This document shows positions 48,743 to 53,126 of a DNA stretch of 53,126 nt, one piece after another. The stretch comes from Deltaproteobacteria bacterium (GTDB lineage: Bacteria > Desulfobacterota > Binatia > UBA12015). Each line of letters begins with the position of its first letter. The stretch's first letter is position 1. The position numbers and the translations under genes were made by a program. Where the stretch lies: the NCBI GenBank assembly GCA_046583355.1, contig JAYGCM010000059.1, positions 1-53,126 of the forward strand. Direction: 5' to 3'. The notes beneath the pieces were generated by a model that was not told the DNA's origin, did no database searches, and saw only the letters and a program-made list of their open reading frames with translations.

Positions 48743-48913
48743 TTTGCGGAACCTCCGGAGGAACGGAATGTGAATAGTTGGGACCTGCCGAACAGGTGTG
48801 GAAAGTCCACAAGATTCCCTATCGGCAGAACGGTGGGAAAGGCTACTTTTTTCTCTGGGAAATATTGCTTTGGAACAGAAGGGGGGAGGCTCGGTGGGGG
48901 GAGTACTGCTCTC

Positions 48914-48930
48914 TGCGAGCGGCGTGCCAC
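48914..48930 (-). promoter_or_regulatory. Sigma54 (-24/-12) promoter of the RGP-like gene
   Basis: Minus strand GTGGCACGCCGCTCGCA, GG-N10-GC; same TCGCA -12 variant as the fliA promoter. Confidence 0.65.
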
Positions 48931-49078
48931 AGGATGCACGCGGAACTCTTGCGGTTCAAGTCCTTTTCTTGGCGGCCATCGTGCAGAGGTGCAACGCGGG
49001 CCTGGTCTCGGGCGCTTTTGCCCTGTCGAGTAGCGCAATCTCTCAGGCGTCCAGCCCGCAATCTCGCCCCTTTTAGGG

Positions 49079-50836
49079 TCATTGCTGGCGCAATAATTCG
49101 AGAATCTCCCGGATTTCGGCTGGGGAAAGCCCGTCCGGTGCGAGCGCTTTGAGCTGGCCGACGACGTCGCGACGCTTGGTCTCGGTAAATTCCATGCGCG
49201 CGAAGAGCCGCCCGAAGGTCCGCCTGTGCAGGGATTCGGCTCGCAGGACCGCCGTCATGCGCGGGTCCGCCGAGGCGCCGACAAAGCCGAACTCAGTGGT
49301 GGGCAGGCGCCCGAGCCGAGTGGCGGTGCTGCTCTCGGGTCCCGCAGGCGCCTCTTCTTTGAGGAAGTGTGTGAGATCGGGACCCGCCATCACAAAACCC
49401 GCGAGTAGATGGAAGGGCGTCGGGTACCCGGCCTCCTGCATCTGCGTGGCCAGGGAAGGCTGCTGCCAGGCCTGGCGCAGCCGCGCGAGTTCGGGGCCGA
49501 AGGGCGTGGCACTGGCAACGATCGCCCAGCGGTAGCCGGCGCCGAACGACCAGATTTGAAGATGAGGAAAAAAGGCCGTGATCTGCCGCAGCACTTGACG
49601 CAATGCAGTGTCGGGTAAGTTCGTGGTGTCCAAAGAGGTGGAGAAGAGGCCTCCGCGCCGCAATGCGGCGGCGGTCTGCCGCAGTGCCTGCTCGCTGAAG
49701 GCGGCCTGGAAAGCGCGGCTGGTCGGTACGGGGGCGTCCAGGACGATTACGTCAAAAGAGTCTGCCGCAGAGGGGCGGTGCAGAAGATCGCGCGGCGCCA
49801 CGCGCGGCGTCATGGGTTCGCCCTTGTCGAAGAAGGGATGGAATGGGAGCCGCGCCGGGTCGTCCGGAGCGAGTATAATCGAGACATCGGGGTGGGCCGA
49901 GGCGGCGCGCAGCGTCTGGCCGGTGCCCGCCCCCAGCAGGAGAAGGTCGCGCGGTGCCGGGTGCAGGAGGAGCGGCAGATGGGCGCGGATTCGGTCGTCG
50001 TGGCGCATGGCGGCAGCGCCCAGTGGGCGTGCGTCGGCCCCCCGCAGCAAGCGACCGCGATCGGGTTCATCGGTGACAAAAGAGATTCCCTGGGCGCTCT
50101 CGGCAAAGGCGAGCACGGGGCCGAAGCGCCGGCCTAGCCCGCGCGCCAGCAGGTTGGGCGGCAAGAGGGCCAACGCGAGAAGCGCCAGTACCAGCGCCGC
50201 GGTCGCTGCTCGCTGGCCGCGACGTCGCCCGAGACTTCCGAATAGGTGGAGGGCCGCGGCCAGAGCAACCCCGGCGGCGAGTGTATGCGGTGTCCCGAGC
50301 CGCGGCAGAAGCGCCGCGGTGGCGAGCGCGCCGATGCTCGCACCCACAATCAGCCCGGCGAGAAGGCGCAGGCCAGTCGAGTCGCGCGCGCGCCATTGGG
50401 CCATCGTGCTCGCGCCGAGGGTGAAGGCCGCCGGGCCGATGAGGGCCAGATTCAGGAGGCTTAGCCAGGCAAATACGCGCGGCCAGCTGGTCAGCGTGGG
50501 CAGACGTCCGGCGAGACGTGGCAGCAGGGGGCCGAGCATCCACCAGGCCAGCGGGAGGGCAAGTACGGCGATGGCCGCCAATAGGAAAGTCCAGGGACCT
50601 GCCTTTTTCCGCGCCGCCGGCAGGGTCATTGCGCATGCGCCAGCCAGCGCCATCAGGACGCCGGTGCCAAGGAAGGATATCTCTTGGCCCGGAGTCTCCT
50701 GCGTGAGCAGCGTGGCAAGGCGCTGTGCCGGTTGCCAGCTACTGAGCGCGAGAGAGCCGATGGCGATGGCCGCATAGGTGTCGGCGGCAGCGCCGTTTCG
50801 GGCCGAGGCTTCGGGTTGGTATTCGGGGTCCGGCAT
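49079..50836 (-). CDS. Membrane-fused spermidine-synthase-like (class I SAM-binding) protein
   Basis: N-terminal TM segments, HLPLLLHPAPRDLLLLGAGTGQT, FDVIVLDAP, LRRGGLF, FFPHLQIW. Confidence 0.7.
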   Translation of the reverse strand: MPDPEYQPEASARNGAAADTYAAIAIGSLALSSWQPAQRLATLLTQETPGQEISFLGTGVLMALAGACAMTLPAARKKAGPWTFLLAAIAVLALPLAWWMLGPLLPRLAGRLPTLTSWPRVFAWLSLLNLALIGPAAFTLGASTMAQWRARDSTGLRLLAGLIVGASIGALATAALLPRLGTPHTLAAGVALAAALHLFGSLGRRRGQRAATAALVLALLALALLPPNLLARGLGRRFGPVLAFAESAQGISFVTDEPDRGRLLRGADARPLGAAAMRHDDRIRAHLPLLLHPAPRDLLLLGAGTGQTLRAASAHPDVSIILAPDDPARLPFHPFFDKGEPMTPRVAPRDLLHRPSAADSFDVIVLDAPVPTSRAFQAAFSEQALRQTAAALRRGGLFSTSLDTTNLPDTALRQVLRQITAFFPHLQIWSFGAGYRWAIVASATPFGPELARLRQAWQQPSLATQMQEAGYPTPFHLLAGFVMAGPDLTHFLKEEAPAGPESSTATRLGRLPTTEFGFVGASADPRMTAVLRAESLHRRTFGRLFARMEFTETKRRDVVGQLKALAPDGLSPAEIREILELLRQQ

Positions 50837-50872
50837 TCCGGTACTGCTCCTGCCCTGACGCGCGGTCTGGAA

Positions 50873-53125
50873 TCAAGCGCTCGCGGCGGTAGCTCGTTTG
50901 GCGACGGGTGCCTGGTGGGCCGTTGGCCGCGGTCCGAAGCGCACCAGAAGCGCCGGCAGCAACAGAAGGTCGGCGAGTAGGCAGCTGACCATCGTCAGCG
51001 CCGTCAGCCAGCCGAGGTCGCGGACGGCGGCAAAGGACGAGAAACTGAGGGTCGTAAAAGCGGCGAGTAGCGCGACCGAGGTCAGCGCGATGCCGCGCCC
51101 GACGGTCGCGAAGGTGCGCGCCAAGGCTTCCTCGCCGCCGAGGGCGCGCGCGCGTTCGTGACGCCAGGCGACGATGAAATGGATCGTGTCGTCGGTGGCA
51201 ACACCGAGCGAGAGGCAGGCGACTACTGCCGTGCCTAGATTTAGAGGGATTCCGGCCCATCCCATCACGCCGAAGACCATCAGAATGGGCAACAGGTTGG
51301 GCGCGGCCGCAAGCAATCCGAGGCGCACCGAGCGCAGCACGGCCATCAAAACGAATGCGATGGCGACCAGGGCGATGCCGAGGCTGCGGGCCTGTCCGGC
51401 GGCGACCTCGTCGCTGCTCTGCAGCAGGGAGAAGAGAGTTCCACTCAGCTGCGGGTTGAGGTCGCTCATATTGGTGGCGAGCCAGGAGCGGATCGCGGCT
51501 GCTGCGTCGCGCGCTTCGGCGGAGCTATAGATCGCCGTGCGGACCCAGATCACGGCCTCCGAGCGGTCTGCCGAGAGGAGCTTTTCGAGGTCGTCGGCGA
51601 AATCGCTGGACTCGTAGAGAAGGAGAAATTGGGCGGCCATCCCGGCCGAGCTCGGCAGAGCCCGGGTGGCATCCTCGCCATCGGCGGCTTGCCAGGCATA
51701 ATGCATCTCGCCCAAGAGGTTGGTGATGGAGAAGCTCGCATCGATTCCGGGCTGCGATTTCGCCCAATCCTGAAAGGCCTGCATGCGCCCGAGGACTTGG
51801 GGTTGCAGGATGCCGCCGGCCTGGCCGGCATCCAAAGTGATGCGCAGTGGGATCGGACCGGCGACGTGCTCAAGTACTTCGAGGCGTTCGATATTCGCGG
51901 GGTGGTCGGCCTCGAGGTAGTCGATAAAACTGGTATCGACATAGAGCCGGCTGATGCCCGCGAGTGTGCCCAGGGCGACCACCAGCGCGACGATGAGAAT
52001 GGCGCCGGAATGTTGGCTGGCGGCGCGTCGGCAGCCGGTCAGGGCCGATGTCAGGAGGGCGCCTCCCGGCGGGGCCTTTTGCGGCCGGCGCGGGCCGAGC
52101 CAGGCTGCGCCGGCGGCCGGAACCAGCAGGGCCGTCACGCCGACCGCCGCCGTTGCGATGGCGGCAAGAATGCCGAATTCGCGGATCGCGTCGATCTGGC
52201 TGGTGGCAAGTGCGGCAAAGCCGATCATGGTTGTGACGACCGAGAGCAATGTCGGCAGGAGGATATGGCGCAGCGCGCGGGTCGTGCCGGCGCGGCTGCC
52301 ATCCTGCGATATACGGACCAGAAAATGCATCGAGTAGGCGATGCCCAGGGCGAGGATCAGCGAGGGGAGGATGGTCGAGAGCGTCGAGATGCTGCCACCG
52401 AGCCAGGTCATCGCGCCCAGAACCATCACCACCGCGGCACTCGCACCCAGGAGGGGCAGGGCGATGGCGCGGATCTGGCGGAAGGCCAGGGCGAGGATCA
52501 ACACCAGTAGCGCCAGCGTGATGCTGGTGAAACGGCCCTGCTCGCTTTGCATGGTGCGGCCCACGGCGGTGGTGAAGGGCGGGTTGCCGGTCATGATGAG
52601 GCGCTCGGGGCCACCCGCGGTGGCGAGGACTTCGCGCAACTCGTCGACCATGCCATCGGCATCGGTGAGTGGGTATTGCGGAAAGATCAGAAGGATCGGC
52701 GTGCGGCCGTCGGGGCTCAGGAGGTGGTTTCGGTAGAGCGGCGAAGTGCGGATTTCCTCGGCCAGATCGGCCAACGCGGCGGCGTCCTGGGGCAACTCTT
52801 CGCTCAGGTCGCGGATCTCCAGCGCACCGTCTTCGCCGTGGACATTCCCGGAGGCAGTGAGTGACCAGACGCGCTCGACGCCGGCGATGGCCTCGATGCG
52901 CTCGCCCAGCGCCGCGAGTCGCGCGAGCCGGCCGGCCTCAAGCGCGGGGCCGGTGCCGAGTTGCGCTACGACAATCACATCATCGCTGCCGAAGGCCGCG
53001 CTGGTCTTTTGCAGGATTTGCCAGTCAGCGGAATTCTTGTCGATCAGACGCTCGACGGAACTATCGAAGCGGATTTGCCCGAGCGAGGCCCCGGCGAATA
53101 TGACGACGGCAAGGAGGAGGAGCAA
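50873..53125 (-). CDS. MMPL/RND family transporter (5' truncated by the window edge)
   Basis: Two TM bundles with periplasmic loops; LGIAYSMHF, TTMIGFAAL, IREFG, PNLLP, LGVATDDTIHF. Confidence 0.9.
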   Translation of the reverse strand: MLLLLAVVIFAGASLGQIRFDSSVERLIDKNSADWQILQKTSAAFGSDDVIVVAQLGTGPALEAGRLARLAALGERIEAIAGVERVWSLTASGNVHGEDGALEIRDLSEELPQDAAALADLAEEIRTSPLYRNHLLSPDGRTPILLIFPQYPLTDADGMVDELREVLATAGGPERLIMTGNPPFTTAVGRTMQSEQGRFTSITLALLVLILALAFRQIRAIALPLLGASAAVVMVLGAMTWLGGSISTLSTILPSLILALGIAYSMHFLVRISQDGSRAGTTRALRHILLPTLLSVVTTMIGFAALATSQIDAIREFGILAAIATAAVGVTALLVPAAGAAWLGPRRPQKAPPGGALLTSALTGCRRAASQHSGAILIVALVVALGTLAGISRLYVDTSFIDYLEADHPANIERLEVLEHVAGPIPLRITLDAGQAGGILQPQVLGRMQAFQDWAKSQPGIDASFSITNLLGEMHYAWQAADGEDATRALPSSAGMAAQFLLLYESSDFADDLEKLLSADRSEAVIWVRTAIYSSAEARDAAAAIRSWLATNMSDLNPQLSGTLFSLLQSSDEVAAGQARSLGIALVAIAFVLMAVLRSVRLGLLAAAPNLLPILMVFGVMGWAGIPLNLGTAVVACLSLGVATDDTIHFIVAWRHERARALGGEEALARTFATVGRGIALTSVALLAAFTTLSFSSFAAVRDLGWLTALTMVSCLLADLLLLPALLVRFGPRPTAHQAPVAKRATAASA

Positions 53126-53126
53126 T

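Noticed and set aside
48819..48850. GCCGATAG sigma28-like -10 in the RGP leader (minus strand)
   Set aside because: No TAAA at the required spacing, and it lies within a hairpin arm.

Overview
High-GC bacterial chromosomal window of about 40 mostly housekeeping or metabolic genes. No rRNA, tRNA, CRISPR array, prophage or intact transposase was seen. The gene mix (two DUF3604 proteins, a DUF4215-type Cys-repeat surface protein, an F420-type LLM oxidoreductase, a TonB receptor, Cys-rich lipoproteins) suggests a Binatia/Myxococcota-like deltaproteobacterial lineage; this is inference only. Recognisable genes: galK, aroK, acnA, dinB, glcDEF, fliA-flgM, nitrilase-moeA-moeA/PBP, miaE, an FKBP PPIase, an ABC-F, two acyl-CoA ligases, and two type II TA pairs (RHH-RelE, FitA-VapC) with visible promoter/operator palindromes. 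Most notable: (1) two paralogous lipoproteins fusing a CX4CH haem-c domain to a complete PHM/DBH-type copper monooxygenase ligand set, one directly downstream of a cytochrome c'; (2) a bacterial homologue of plant RGP/UDP-arabinopyranose mutase (GT75) behind a sigma54-like promoter; (3) three GG-N10-GC sigma54-type promoters, one in front of an orphan fliA-flgM pair and one in front of an unannotated 40-aa peptide/sRNA unit; (4) a ~160-bp IS110 remnant retaining its structured non-coding end, a candidate bridge-RNA relic. All family calls come from reading motifs by eye; no database searches were run.
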